A DNA stretch of 64,000 nt, taken from positions 96,001 through 160,000 of the forward strand of contig CAVXTP010000009.1 in assembly GCA_963764715.1 (NCBI GenBank), written 5' to 3'. The position numbers were made by a program, and so were the translations under genes. Shown one piece after another: positions 1-12,111 of this stretch. The notes beneath the pieces were generated by a model. That model worked only from the letters and a program-made list of their open reading frames with translations, ran no database searches and was not told the origin of the DNA. Each line of letters starts with the position of its first letter. Positions within the stretch are counted from its first letter, which is position 1. This stretch comes from an uncultured Acidobacteriota bacterium (GTDB lineage: Bacteria; Acidobacteriota; Thermoanaerobaculia; UBA5066; Gp7-AA6).

Positions 1-2590
<2,590 letters not shown>

Positions 2591-2698
2591 AAAATATTTA
2601 AGACGCGAATCGAAAACCGTTTACTACCGACTCTCTTGCATGGACCCGGCGACATACCGTCGCGGATCCATAATGAACAGGGAAACAGAAAATAGAGT

Positions 2699-2818
2699 TT
2701 CCCGGTGACCTTAGCGAAGGGGCCACACCCGTTCCCATTCCGAACACGGCCGTTAAGCCCTTCAGCCCCGATGGTACTTCGAGGGAAACCTCGTGGGAGA
2801 GTAGGACGTTGCCGGGGA
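2699..2818 (+). rRNA. rrf: 5S rRNA
   Basis: CACCCGTTCCCATTCCGAACACGG...GTTAAG...GATGGTACT...GGGAGAGTAGGACGTTGCCGG; ends pair (TCCCGGTGAC/GTTGCCGGGGA). Confidence 0.98.
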
Positions 2819-2827
2819 TTATTTTGG

Positions 2828-2860
2828 AGCTCAGGACTCGTTCCTGAGCTTTTCTTTTTT
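2828..2860 (+). terminator. Intrinsic terminator of rRNA operon
   Basis: Stem AGCTCAGGA/TCCTGAGCT followed by TTTCTTTTTT. Confidence 0.88.
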
Positions 2861-2863
2861 GCG

Positions 2864-3283
2864 ATGAAACACCGCAGGATCGCCCGCCTCCTCGCCGGCG
2901 CGGCCTTCGCCGCGCTCTTCGCCTGGGTCGCCGCCGTGACGGCGGGCCGTGCCGCGGCGCTGGCTTCCGACCGGACCCCGCTCGACGGGGCGGCCGAGAG
3001 CCGATTCATGTCGTGGGCGTACCGGGACCCCGGGTTGATGGACCGTCTCGTCGCGGCCGGGCGCCGGCTCGGGCCGGGCGAGCCGGTCCTCGCCGTCTGC
3101 ACGCCCCGCTGCGACACGTCGTGGTACTGGACGATGGCGGCCTACGGGCTGTCCCGCCAGGCCGTGGTGGGCGCCAGGACCGAGGGCGACGTCGGGCGCC
3201 TCTTCCCGGTGCGCGTCGAGCGGAGCGCCCGGGACGTCCGGATCCTTCCGCGCTCCGAGCCGGGCCGCGATGGCCCTCGCTGA
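2864..3283 (+). CDS. Small hypothetical exported/membrane protein
   Basis: ATG at 2864 within ORF 2705..3283; MKHRRIARLLAGAAFAALFAW signal-like start; overlaps next gene by 14 nt. Confidence 0.65.
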   Translation: MKHRRIARLLAGAAFAALFAWVAAVTAGRAAALASDRTPLDGAAESRFMSWAYRDPGLMDRLVAAGRRLGPGEPVLAVCTPRCDTSWYWTMAAYGLSRQAVVGARTEGDVGRLFPVRVERSARDVRILPRSEPGRDGPR

Positions 3284-4607
3284 GATCGCCGCCGGCGCGG
3301 CGGCCGCGGTCCTCGCGGGACGCTCCGCGCTGCCGCGCGCACGCGGCCTCTCGCCCGTCGCCTTCGCCGAGGACTTCGTCCTGGGTCTCGCGCTCGTCGT
3401 TCCGCTCGCCTTCGTCGCGGGAGTCCTGGGACTGCCCTGGAGCCCGCTGTCGATGCCCGTCCTGGCGCTCGTGCTGGCCGGGCTCCTTCGGCTCGCAGAC
3501 TCTCGAGGCGCGGCCGCCGCGACCGTGCCGTCGACGCCTGCCGGCTGGGTCGCGCGCGCGGCCCTGGGTCTCGCCGCGGCGGCCTTCCTCGTCGCCGCGT
3601 GGAAGTGGCTCCGGGCGCCGCTCTGGTCGTGGGACCACTTCGCCATCTGGGGCGTGAAGGCGCGTCGCCTCGTCCAGGACGGGGCCCTCGATCTCGAGTT
3701 CCTGAAGCTGCGGAAGTTCGTCCGGTCGAACCCGGACTATCCGATCGGCTTTCCGCTCGCCTGCCGCTTTCTTTCGCCCTCGGTTCCCGGGATGGCAGAG
3801 TTCCGCCTGATCCATGCGCTCTTCGCCGGGAGTCTCGCGGCCGCGGTCTACGGGGCCGCCCGGCGTCTCGAAGCGCCGCCCGCCGTCTCCGCCCTCGCGG
3901 CGGCGGTCCTGTCCGCATCGCCGCTCTTCTGGGACACGGAGGCTGTCGGCCTCGCCGATCTCCCGATGGTGTGCGTCGCCACCGTCGCCGTGCGGCTCGT
4001 TCTCCAGTCGCGCGACGATGCGCGTTTCCCGGCGTGGACGGCCGGCGCGGCGCTCGGCTTCCTCGGCTGGATGAAGACGGAGGGGTTCGTCCTCGGGGCT
4101 CTCCTCGCGCTTTTCGCCGCCGTGCTCCTGCGCAACGGACGCCGGGGCGGAGGAGATGCCCGCGTCCCGCTCCTGTCGGCGTGGCTCGCGTGGAGTCTCG
4201 GCGCGCTCGCCGTCCGGCGGTGGTGGCTCGTTCCCGGAATCGGATTCTTCGAGGGCGACTGGGCCGACCGCGTCGGCGCGCGGGTCCGCTCCACGGGAAC
4301 CCTTCTCTCCGCGATGCTCGGGAACCTCGGCGGGGCCGAGTGGCTGGGAATCTGGTATCTCTTCGCCGCGGCCGTGACCGTCGCGCTCGTCCTCCGGGCG
4401 CCGGAGGCGGGGCTCCTCGGTCTCGCCGTCCTCGGGCAGTTCGGCTTCTACGCCTTCGTCTACCTCGGGACGTACCTCGATCCGCTCGAGCACGTCGAGT
4501 CGTCGTTCCACCGGCTGGCGGCCGCGGTCGCGCCGCTGGCGCTCCTCGCCGTCGCCGCCGCGGTCGCCGCGCTTTTGAGGCCGCGCGGGCGGGAGGCCGA
4601 GGCTTGA
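3270..4607 (+). CDS. Polytopic membrane protein, putative GT-C glycosyltransferase
   Basis: Many TM segments; WSWDHFAIWGVKAR and NPDYP loop motifs with acidic residue after a TM, typical of GT-C-like proteins. Confidence 0.7.
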   Translation: MALAEIAAGAAAAVLAGRSALPRARGLSPVAFAEDFVLGLALVVPLAFVAGVLGLPWSPLSMPVLALVLAGLLRLADSRGAAAATVPSTPAGWVARAALGLAAAAFLVAAWKWLRAPLWSWDHFAIWGVKARRLVQDGALDLEFLKLRKFVRSNPDYPIGFPLACRFLSPSVPGMAEFRLIHALFAGSLAAAVYGAARRLEAPPAVSALAAAVLSASPLFWDTEAVGLADLPMVCVATVAVRLVLQSRDDARFPAWTAGAALGFLGWMKTEGFVLGALLALFAAVLLRNGRRGGGDARVPLLSAWLAWSLGALAVRRWWLVPGIGFFEGDWADRVGARVRSTGTLLSAMLGNLGGAEWLGIWYLFAAAVTVALVLRAPEAGLLGLAVLGQFGFYAFVYLGTYLDPLEHVESSFHRLAAAVAPLALLAVAAAVAALLRPRGREAEA

Positions 4608-4614
4608 GCCGGCG

Positions 4615-5739
4615 TCAGCGCGGGTGCGTCGGCAGGCGGGCCGCGGAGGCCGGTTCGGGCGCGTCCGTGCCGCGCAGGCGGTAGAGCGCCGTCCGCCGTT
4701 CGCCGCAGGTCGCGCAGGTGCCGATCGGTTTGCCCGAGCGCAGGCCGTCGCGGATGCGCTTCAGGGGCGCTCCCGCGGCGATCCGGTCGAGCGAGTCCGC
4801 CGGATAGAACCCGATCGGATCGGCTTCCCAGTAGATGCACGGGCTCACGGCCCCGTTGGGCCGGATGACGTAGTTGCGGTCGGGATAGGCGCAGCCGAAG
4901 AGTCCCTGGAACCACGAGTACCGCCAGTACTCGGGCCGGTCGAGCCCGGCGCGCACGCGCCAGAGCCGGCGGCGCGCCCTCGCGAAGAGGCCCTGTTCGA
5001 CGTGCTCGGGCTCGAACTGCGGATACGACGCGAGCCGGATCCCGCGGCGGACCGCGTCGTGCGCCGCGGCGGAGAGCTCGGCGTTCAGCTCCCGCGGGTC
5101 GACGTCCGAGAGGAGCTCCTTCGACACGTCGACGCCCGGCGTCGGCGAGACGAAGCGCACGTCGATGTCGGAGGCGCCCTGGTCGGCCGCGAACTCGGGC
5201 AGGCGCGCGAGGTCTCCCCGGTTCGACTGCATCCACGTGAAGATGATCCGCAGGCACGGCGTCTTCGATTTCGCGGCGGAGCGGACCCGCCGCAGCGTCT
5301 CGAGGCAGGCGAGCAGCCGCTCCCACTTCGCCGGGACGCGGATCTTCTCGTACGACTCCTTCGTCGTCCCGTCGATCGAGGCTGCGACCGTCGCGACCCG
5401 CGCGCGGACCAGGGCCTCGGCCGTCGCGTCGGTCAGGGCGAGGAGGTTCGTCGGAAACCAGAGATCCGGCACGCCGTAACGGCCGGCGATCGCGACGATC
5501 TCCTTGAACTTCGGGTGGATCATCGGCTCGGCGGCGCAGGCGAGGGCGACGCGCCAGGCCTTCGGGAAGAGGTCCGCGGCGATCTTTTCGAACACCTCGA
5601 CGGGCATGTTCCCGTCGTCCGAGAGCTCCCGGTCGAACGGCGGAAACGCGAGCCGGTCGGTGTTCGCGAAGTAACACATGACGCACTTCAGGTTGCAGCG
5701 CGCCGTGAGGTCCAGGATCACGTTCAGGGGCCGCGGCAT
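4615..5739 (-). CDS. Radical SAM protein with C-terminal SPASM/twitch-like domain
   Basis: CNLKCVMC (CxxxCxxC); C-terminal GCAYP...PNGAVSPC...CATC. Confidence 0.9.
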   Translation of the reverse strand: MPRPLNVILDLTARCNLKCVMCYFANTDRLAFPPFDRELSDDGNMPVEVFEKIAADLFPKAWRVALACAAEPMIHPKFKEIVAIAGRYGVPDLWFPTNLLALTDATAEALVRARVATVAASIDGTTKESYEKIRVPAKWERLLACLETLRRVRSAAKSKTPCLRIIFTWMQSNRGDLARLPEFAADQGASDIDVRFVSPTPGVDVSKELLSDVDPRELNAELSAAAHDAVRRGIRLASYPQFEPEHVEQGLFARARRRLWRVRAGLDRPEYWRYSWFQGLFGCAYPDRNYVIRPNGAVSPCIYWEADPIGFYPADSLDRIAAGAPLKRIRDGLRSGKPIGTCATCGERRTALYRLRGTDAPEPASAARLPTHPR

Positions 5740-5751
5740 CGCGCGATTATG

Positions 5752-6606
5752 TCATCCGTCGCGGCGCCGGCCGACGAAGACGGTGTGCGTCGGCGAGAGG
5801 ATTCCGAGGGACGTCAGGTGCGCCTCCGCCGCGCACAGCACCTCGAGGAGCCGCTCGTCCTCGCTCGATCCCGACCGATGATTGCGGGCCAAGCCGGTCA
5901 GGAGCGGATGGAGGAGCCCGCCGCCGCCCGAGAGCTCGGCCTCGGCGCGGAACGCGCGGCGCGCGCAAGGAAGGAGCTGGTCGCTCTCGGCGGCCTCGAG
6001 CGGAGTCTCGCGGGCGAGCCGCGCGGCGTCGAGCCGGTCGCGCCGCCAGGAGCGGGATCCCGTGTCCGGGTCGGCGCGCCACCGGTCGGGGAGCAGGCGG
6101 AAATACCGCCCGACGACGTCCATCGCCGCGTCGGAGTGCTGGAAGCGCGGCGGCCCGGTGTACTCGGAGAAGACGAAGCGCCCGTTCCCCGCGAGCGCGT
6201 CGTGGATCCGGGCGAATATCGATTCGATGGCGGGCGCGCGGTGAAGCAGGTCGTGCGCGATGATCGCGTCCCACGGCCCGGCCGGGATCGGATCGCGGGC
6301 GGGATCGAGCACGGCGTAGGCGAGAGTCGCGAGGGCGGCCCGCCGCGCCTCCCGCGCCGCGGCCTCGACCGTCGCAGGGTCCGGATCCGTGGCGAGGATC
6401 GCGCCCACGCCTTCGGTCCGGACGAGGGCCCGTTCGAGAAACCCGTTGCCGCAACCGAGAACGAGGGTCCGCTCGAGCCGGCGGGGGAGGAACTCCCGGC
6501 GCACGAACGAGAGCCAGTCGCACGCGGGATCCCCGGTCGCCGTCCGGTTGAGGTGCCGCTGCAGGGCGGCCGACGGCACCCAGAACGGCGAGCCGGGCCG
6601 GCTCAC
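5752..6606 (-). CDS. Class I SAM-dependent methyltransferase
   Basis: LVLGCGNG motif I, WDAIIAHDLLH, GRFVFSEY; GTG start overlaps upstream TGA (GTGA). Confidence 0.85.
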   Translation of the reverse strand: MSRPGSPFWVPSAALQRHLNRTATGDPACDWLSFVRREFLPRRLERTLVLGCGNGFLERALVRTEGVGAILATDPDPATVEAAAREARRAALATLAYAVLDPARDPIPAGPWDAIIAHDLLHRAPAIESIFARIHDALAGNGRFVFSEYTGPPRFQHSDAAMDVVGRYFRLLPDRWRADPDTGSRSWRRDRLDAARLARETPLEAAESDQLLPCARRAFRAEAELSGGGGLLHPLLTGLARNHRSGSSEDERLLEVLCAAEAHLTSLGILSPTHTVFVGRRRDG

Positions 6607-9038
6607 GCGGTCACCCGCGGGCCTCTGCGCCGCCCGGCCGCGCCGACGAGCACGGCGAGAGTCGCCACCGAGATCCACGTTCCGGCGACGAATCCGGGCG
6701 GGCTGTATCGGAGAACGACGCGCCTCGTGCCCGCGGGCATTCGCAGAGCGAGGAAGGGACCGTTGGCCGGGCTCACGGGAATCGTCGCGCCCTCCGCTCC
6801 GCGCGCCGACCAGCCCCCGTCCTGGACGAGCGAGAGGACGATCCAGGCGCCGGCCGCGCCGACTTTCGCATCGAAGGAGGCGCCGTTGACCGACTCGCGG
6901 TAACCCGTGACCTCCGCCTCGCCGCCCGGCTCCTCGCCGTCGCGGTCCGCGAGCACCCACGCGCGGCCGCGCCAGTCGCGGTTGGCGGCGATCTCGGAAA
7001 ACGCCGGACCGAACGCCGCGTTGGCGTCCGATCCGCGCGCAACGGCCGGCGCCGCGGCGATGAGCCGCACCGTCTTCGGAACGAACGCCCGCGGCAGGAC
7101 CGTCGGGCTCTCGAAGACCTGACCGTCGACCCCCGCGTAGACCGGCCGCCAGCGGTCGAGAGGCAGCACCGCGCCCGGCGCCGTGACGAGATAGCGCGCG
7201 TTCAGGAAATCGAGCACCGGGGAGCTCGGATCGCGGAGCGTCTTGAAGTAGTCGCCGGGGGCGTAGCCGGCGGTCGCGTCGAGGAACGCGACATAGTCGC
7301 GGCGCTCCACCGGGTCGTGCGTGCGCACGTCCTCGAGGCCGGCGAAGACGTTCGTCGAGGGAAAGAGGGCCGTGCCGGCGCCGGCGACCCGGAAGGGGCC
7401 CGGACGCTCGCGCAGGAAGCGCACGAGGGGCGTCTCGGGGTAGAAGAGCGCGGGCGAGAAGAGGCGATAGTGGCTGCGCCACTGATAGAGCAGGTCCGCG
7501 GCGCAGAGGATGGTCAGGCCGGCGGCGTAGAGGCCGGTCCGCGCCCGCGTCAGGAGCGCGAGCCCCGAGGCGAGTCCGAGGAGACCGACGGTGATGGCGA
7601 GCTGGCGCTTCTGGAAGCCGAGCGCGCCGGGGGCCGTGAGCTCCGGTTCGAGGTGCACGAACCAGAGCGCCGCCGCGGCGGCGAGCACGAGCGGCGCGAG
7701 GACCGCGCCCCACGTGGCCCCGGGCCGCTCGGCGCGGTCCCGCGCGTAGCGATCGAGCTCCATGGCGGCGAGCGCGGGCCCGGCGAGCGCGGCCCACGAG
7801 GCGAAGCGCAGCGGGAAGACCTGGCGCAGGAAAGGAATCGCGCCGAAGATCTCGGCGAAGGGCCAGAGGGCGATCGAGACCCCGAGGCCGCAGACGACGA
7901 GGCCGGCGAGCACCCACGCGGCCGGGCCGCGCGCGGAGCCCGGACGGAAGAAGAGGAGCAGGGCCGCCCACCCGACGATGCCGAAGTAGCCGAGGGCCAT
8001 TTCGGGAAACGCCCCCGTGACGCCCGAAAGCTGCGGCGCGTGGACGAGGTCGCCGAGCGAACGCGGGAAGAAGGCCGTCGCGAGGCCGCGCCACAGGGCG
8101 CCATGGGGCACGAGCGAGAGGGCGCCGCTCCAGTGGGGCCGGGCGGCGAGGACCATGCGGTTCGACGCGTCGATCGCGAGGGCCGTCGGCACGAGGACGA
8201 ACGCGGCGAGGCCCGCGGCCGCCGCGCCGGAGACGAGCACGCCACCCGCGACGCGGCCGGCGTCGGGAAGGCCCCGCAGCGCCCGGCGGCCACCGATCCA
8301 GAGGGCCAGGAATGCCAGTCCGAGCGCGACGCTTTCGGGGTGACCCGCGAGTGCCGCCGCGAGGAAGACGGCGCCGAGCGCGCAGAGGGCCCGAGCCCGG
8401 CCGTTGGCGTCGCGCGAGCGCTCCGCGAGAAAGAGCATCCAGGGCCAGAGGCAGAAGACGGCCGTGTGCGGAAAGAAGATCCACTGGGAAAACGTCATCG
8501 ACAGCGGGTAGGCGACCGCGGCAAAGAGGGCGGCGCGAGGAGACACCGAGAGCTCGCGGAGCCAGAGCCAGGTTCCGGCGGCGGCCAGGACGAGCTTCGC
8601 CGAGCCCGCGGCGAGAAACGCTCCGAGGAGCGGCAGCGGAAGCGTCAGCAGCGTGAAGAACGAGAACGCCGCCGACTGCGCGTTTCCGGCGAGCGGCGTC
8701 CCGCAGCCGTTCCACCGGTCGCGCAGCGGCAGCTCGCCGCCCTTGTACGCGGCGCGGACGGCCTTCGCCCACGGCAGCATCTGCATGACCACGTCGTTCA
8801 GGTAGGGGTTGGACGGGAGTCCCCGGCCCGGGACGAGCCACGGAGTCGTCGTGGCCACGTGCTCGAGGGGAAGGATCGTCCGGCCGGGCAGGAACGCGCG
8901 GGGGAAGGGAGCGAGGCCGAGCGCGAAGAAGAGCACGAGGGCTCCGAACGGGATGGGCCGGCGGAGGAACCGGGCCGCGATTCCGGCGGCGGCCGCCGTC
9001 GCCGCCAGGAAGAGGAGAACGGCGAGCGAAGTCAGCAT
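6603..9038 (-). CDS. YfhO-family membrane glycosyltransferase (GT-C)
   Basis: DVVMQMLPW...GELPLRDRWNGCGTPLAGNAQSA, AGHPES, C-terminal GWSA...ANGPFLALRMPAGTRRVVLRYSPPG; ~810 aa. Confidence 0.88.
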   Translation of the reverse strand: MLTSLAVLLFLAATAAAAGIAARFLRRPIPFGALVLFFALGLAPFPRAFLPGRTILPLEHVATTTPWLVPGRGLPSNPYLNDVVMQMLPWAKAVRAAYKGGELPLRDRWNGCGTPLAGNAQSAAFSFFTLLTLPLPLLGAFLAAGSAKLVLAAAGTWLWLRELSVSPRAALFAAVAYPLSMTFSQWIFFPHTAVFCLWPWMLFLAERSRDANGRARALCALGAVFLAAALAGHPESVALGLAFLALWIGGRRALRGLPDAGRVAGGVLVSGAAAAGLAAFVLVPTALAIDASNRMVLAARPHWSGALSLVPHGALWRGLATAFFPRSLGDLVHAPQLSGVTGAFPEMALGYFGIVGWAALLLFFRPGSARGPAAWVLAGLVVCGLGVSIALWPFAEIFGAIPFLRQVFPLRFASWAALAGPALAAMELDRYARDRAERPGATWGAVLAPLVLAAAAALWFVHLEPELTAPGALGFQKRQLAITVGLLGLASGLALLTRARTGLYAAGLTILCAADLLYQWRSHYRLFSPALFYPETPLVRFLRERPGPFRVAGAGTALFPSTNVFAGLEDVRTHDPVERRDYVAFLDATAGYAPGDYFKTLRDPSSPVLDFLNARYLVTAPGAVLPLDRWRPVYAGVDGQVFESPTVLPRAFVPKTVRLIAAAPAVARGSDANAAFGPAFSEIAANRDWRGRAWVLADRDGEEPGGEAEVTGYRESVNGASFDAKVGAAGAWIVLSLVQDGGWSARGAEGATIPVSPANGPFLALRMPAGTRRVVLRYSPPGFVAGTWISVATLAVLVGAAGRRRGPRVTA

Positions 9039-9078
9039 GGCCGGGGCCGGGACGGGCTCTCGCCCGGCCCGGAGTGTC

Positions 9079-9984
9079 CTAGCCTCCGTCCCCGGTCGCG
9101 GCGCGGCCGTTCCTGCGCGCGCCGATGAAGATGTGGAAGTCGGGCTCGAGCGCGCCCGAGCGCGTCAGGCGGTCTTCGGCGTCGCAGAGGATTTCGAGGA
9201 GCGCGTCGTCGCGGCCGGGCTGGAAGCCCAGGATCACGCCGAAGAGCAGCGGATTGAGCAGCCCGCCGCCGTACGGGATCTCGGTAACCGGGCAGAAGGC
9301 GGCGCGCGCGAGCGGAAGGACGTCCTCGCTGCGGACGGCCTCGGTCGGGTCCTCCGCGGCGAGCCGCGCGGCGTCGACGCGGGTCCGTTTCCAGAGCGGC
9401 TTGTTGGTCACCGGGTCCCAGCGCAGGTTGTCGGGAAACAGGCGGAAATACCGGTTGATGAGCTCGATCCGCTCGTCGTCGTACTGGAACCGGTTGGGAC
9501 CGACGTACTCGTTGAACACGAACCGGCCGCGCGGCGCGAGGGCGTCGTGGATCAGCCCGTACAGGCGCTCGAGCCCGGTGATGTGGTGCAGGACGTCGTT
9601 GGCGATGATCGCGTCGAAGGGGCCCGGGGGAAGCTCCTCGTGCTCCAGGTCGACGACGCGGTACTCGATCGAGGTCCGGCCCTCGGCGAGGGCCCGCTCC
9701 CGCGCCCGGCCCACCGTTTCGGGCGCGGCGTCGCAGGCCACGATCGCCTCCACCCCGCCCTTGTCCGCGAGCGCCCGTTCCAGCCAGCCCGAGCCGCAGC
9801 CCAGCACGAGCGCGCGGTGGACGACCGCCGGCAGGTATCGGACGCGAACGGCGGTGAGCCAGTCGGAGTTCGGGTCGCCCGTGGCGAGGCGGTGAAGGTA
9901 GCGCCGGACGACGGGCGAGGCCGTCCAGACGAGCGACTCGAGCTGCGTCGTGAACGCCGCGTCGTTCCAATGCGAGTCGTGCAT
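9079..9984 (-). CDS. Class I SAM-dependent methyltransferase (paralog of 5752..6606)
   Basis: LVLGCGSG, FDAIIANDVLHH, GRFVFNEYVGPNRFQ. Confidence 0.9.
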   Translation of the reverse strand: MHDSHWNDAAFTTQLESLVWTASPVVRRYLHRLATGDPNSDWLTAVRVRYLPAVVHRALVLGCGSGWLERALADKGGVEAIVACDAAPETVGRARERALAEGRTSIEYRVVDLEHEELPPGPFDAIIANDVLHHITGLERLYGLIHDALAPRGRFVFNEYVGPNRFQYDDERIELINRYFRLFPDNLRWDPVTNKPLWKRTRVDAARLAAEDPTEAVRSEDVLPLARAAFCPVTEIPYGGGLLNPLLFGVILGFQPGRDDALLEILCDAEDRLTRSGALEPDFHIFIGARRNGRAATGDGG

Positions 9985-10029
9985 GGCGCACGCCGATCAT
10001 AGCCGCAGACCCCACCCGGAATTTCGGGC

Positions 10030-12051
10030 TCAGGGCCCGGGGCGGCGCCGGCCGAGGAGGCGCGTTCCGACGCGGCCCGCCGGCGCGTAATGGCGATCCA
10101 GGTATTCCGCGACGCGCGGCGCGCGTATCCGGCTCGACACGCCGTCGAACGTGTCGAGGAGCGTCCCGGACGCGAGGATCGCGAGGGGCGGCTTTTCCCG
10201 CTCGAGGGCCGCGATGACCTCGCGCTCTTCGGCCTCGCCCTCGTAGAAGGGGACGCTGCCGTACCGGACCGGCGGGCGGCGGTCGAGCAGGAAGTACAGC
10301 GCGGGCTCGTTGCCGAAGTCGAAAAAGGTCTGGCCGTCCGACAGCTCCCGGTCCACGACGCGGCGAAGCGCCTCGAGGTCCTCGGCCTGAGCGCACGGTA
10401 CGCTGGCGTTGCCGCTTCGCGGGATCGCCCGGCGGCAGTCGGCCGGACCGGCGGGGCGTTGCATGAGCCACCATGCGATGAAGGGGTAGCGGTGCGGCTC
10501 GATCCGAACGACGAGGGCAATCGAGAGCGCGGGCGCCCAGAGCCACGGAGCGTGCGTGGCGCGAGCCGCACGATAGACCAGCCACGCGGCCGGCAACGCG
10601 ACGAAGACGCCGTACAGGGCGAGGTGGCCCGAGTCGGCGCGGCCGAGCACGCCCCGCAGGGCGAGGATCGAGAACCAGGTGGCCGCCACGGCGCCCCGGT
10701 CGGCCGCGGAGAGCCCCGGGCCCGCCGCTCGGAAGAGGAGCACGGCCGCGGCGACTGCGAGGACGACGGCGTGGAAGAGCCACGGGACGCCGGTCCCGCG
10801 CAGCAGCGTCTCGAGGACCGCGCGTCCCCCGCCCTCCTGGAGGAGGGACGCCGAAGACGGCGCCGGCACGCTCCAGATGTCCGAGATCCGCGACGGCAGG
10901 GAAACGAAGGAGACGTCGACGAACGCGCCGAGGGCGCGGTCGCGCGCGAGCGTCACGAGAAAGGGCGCGCTCCCGAGGGCGGCGCCCGCCCCGAGCCAGA
11001 GAAGAGCGCCCGCGGCCTTCCGGCTCTTCTCGAGGACCGCGAGGCTCGCCGCCGTCGCGGCGGCCGCGACGAGAAGGAAGATCCCGAAATCGAGGGAGTA
11101 GAAGAGCGCGGCGGCCGAGACCGCGCCCGCCAGCGCCCAGGCCCGCCGGCTTCCGTCGCCGGCGGCGTGGATCGATGCGGCGAGTCCCGCGAAGGCGGCG
11201 GCCTGCCGGTCGGACGGAATGGGGCACAGGCCCATGGCGAGCAGGAAGGCCGTGACGCTCCAGAGGGTGCGACGAAAGAGAATCCAGCATGCCAGGCCGA
11301 GCAGCGCGACGCCGAGCGCCGTGACGACGGCGTGGCGCCAGCGGAGCGTCTCCAGGGTCGGAGCGAAGATCCGGAAGAGCAGGCCGTCGACGCCGCCGTC
11401 CGAGCCCCAGCCGTGGACGGGATACGTGTCCCGGAAGGGCGCGCCGCCTGACAGATAGCTCTGGGCCGGGGCGAGCATCGTCCCCTGTTCGAAGAGGTCG
11501 ACCGGGCCGTGCGGTCGCCAGAACATCCGCATCGTGGCCGCGAAGAGGAGCAGCAGGGCGATCACGAGGGCGATCGGGACCTTCGCCGGGCCAGTGTCCT
11601 CGACGGGTCCCACCGGACCGGTGAACGCATCGGCCGGCCGCCGGGGGCTCGAGCGCCCGAGAAGCGCGGGCCCGAAGATGGACGCCAGGACGGTCCCGAG
11701 GCTCGCGAGGAGGGCCGCCGCGAGGCTCGCCCCCGGCGAAACGCCCGAACGCCAGAGCAGGAGCGCCGAGCTCATCGTGACGCCGGGAAGCGCGACCGCG
11801 TGGCCGCCGCGCCGCCGGATGGCGTCCGGGAGGGCGCGGCCGAAGACGAAAGCCGCCGCCGGGGCGAGGAGGACGAGCACGGCGGCCTCGGCGAAGGTCG
11901 ACGCCTTGATGTCGCCCGAGGCCATCATGCTTCCGGGAAGCCGCGGCGGCCCGGTGAGATCCGCGGCGACCCGGCGCGCGATCGGGAGGAGGGGAAGGAC
12001 TCCGGCCGCGCCACCGAGACCGCCCAGGGCACGCCGCAGCGCCAGCCTCAC
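10030..12051 (-). CDS. Polytopic membrane protein, putative GT-C (ArnT-like) glycosyltransferase
   Basis: DLFEQG...GGAPFRDTYPVHG loop, many TMs, C-terminal soluble domain (FGNEPALYFLLDRRPP). Confidence 0.72.
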   Translation of the reverse strand: MRLALRRALGGLGGAAGVLPLLPIARRVAADLTGPPRLPGSMMASGDIKASTFAEAAVLVLLAPAAAFVFGRALPDAIRRRGGHAVALPGVTMSSALLLWRSGVSPGASLAAALLASLGTVLASIFGPALLGRSSPRRPADAFTGPVGPVEDTGPAKVPIALVIALLLLFAATMRMFWRPHGPVDLFEQGTMLAPAQSYLSGGAPFRDTYPVHGWGSDGGVDGLLFRIFAPTLETLRWRHAVVTALGVALLGLACWILFRRTLWSVTAFLLAMGLCPIPSDRQAAAFAGLAASIHAAGDGSRRAWALAGAVSAAALFYSLDFGIFLLVAAAATAASLAVLEKSRKAAGALLWLGAGAALGSAPFLVTLARDRALGAFVDVSFVSLPSRISDIWSVPAPSSASLLQEGGGRAVLETLLRGTGVPWLFHAVVLAVAAAVLLFRAAGPGLSAADRGAVAATWFSILALRGVLGRADSGHLALYGVFVALPAAWLVYRAARATHAPWLWAPALSIALVVRIEPHRYPFIAWWLMQRPAGPADCRRAIPRSGNASVPCAQAEDLEALRRVVDRELSDGQTFFDFGNEPALYFLLDRRPPVRYGSVPFYEGEAEEREVIAALEREKPPLAILASGTLLDTFDGVSSRIRAPRVAEYLDRHYAPAGRVGTRLLGRRRPGP

Positions 12052-12111
12052 GATCGGAGTTTACGTTTCCGGCCGGCCGGGCGTCGCGCCACGCCCTGCT
12101 AGCATCGGGGC

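Noticed and set aside
2591-2698. Hairpin in the 23S-5S spacer as a possible tRNA or sRNA
   Set aside because: No cloverleaf or TTCGA T-arm; consistent with an ordinary processing stem
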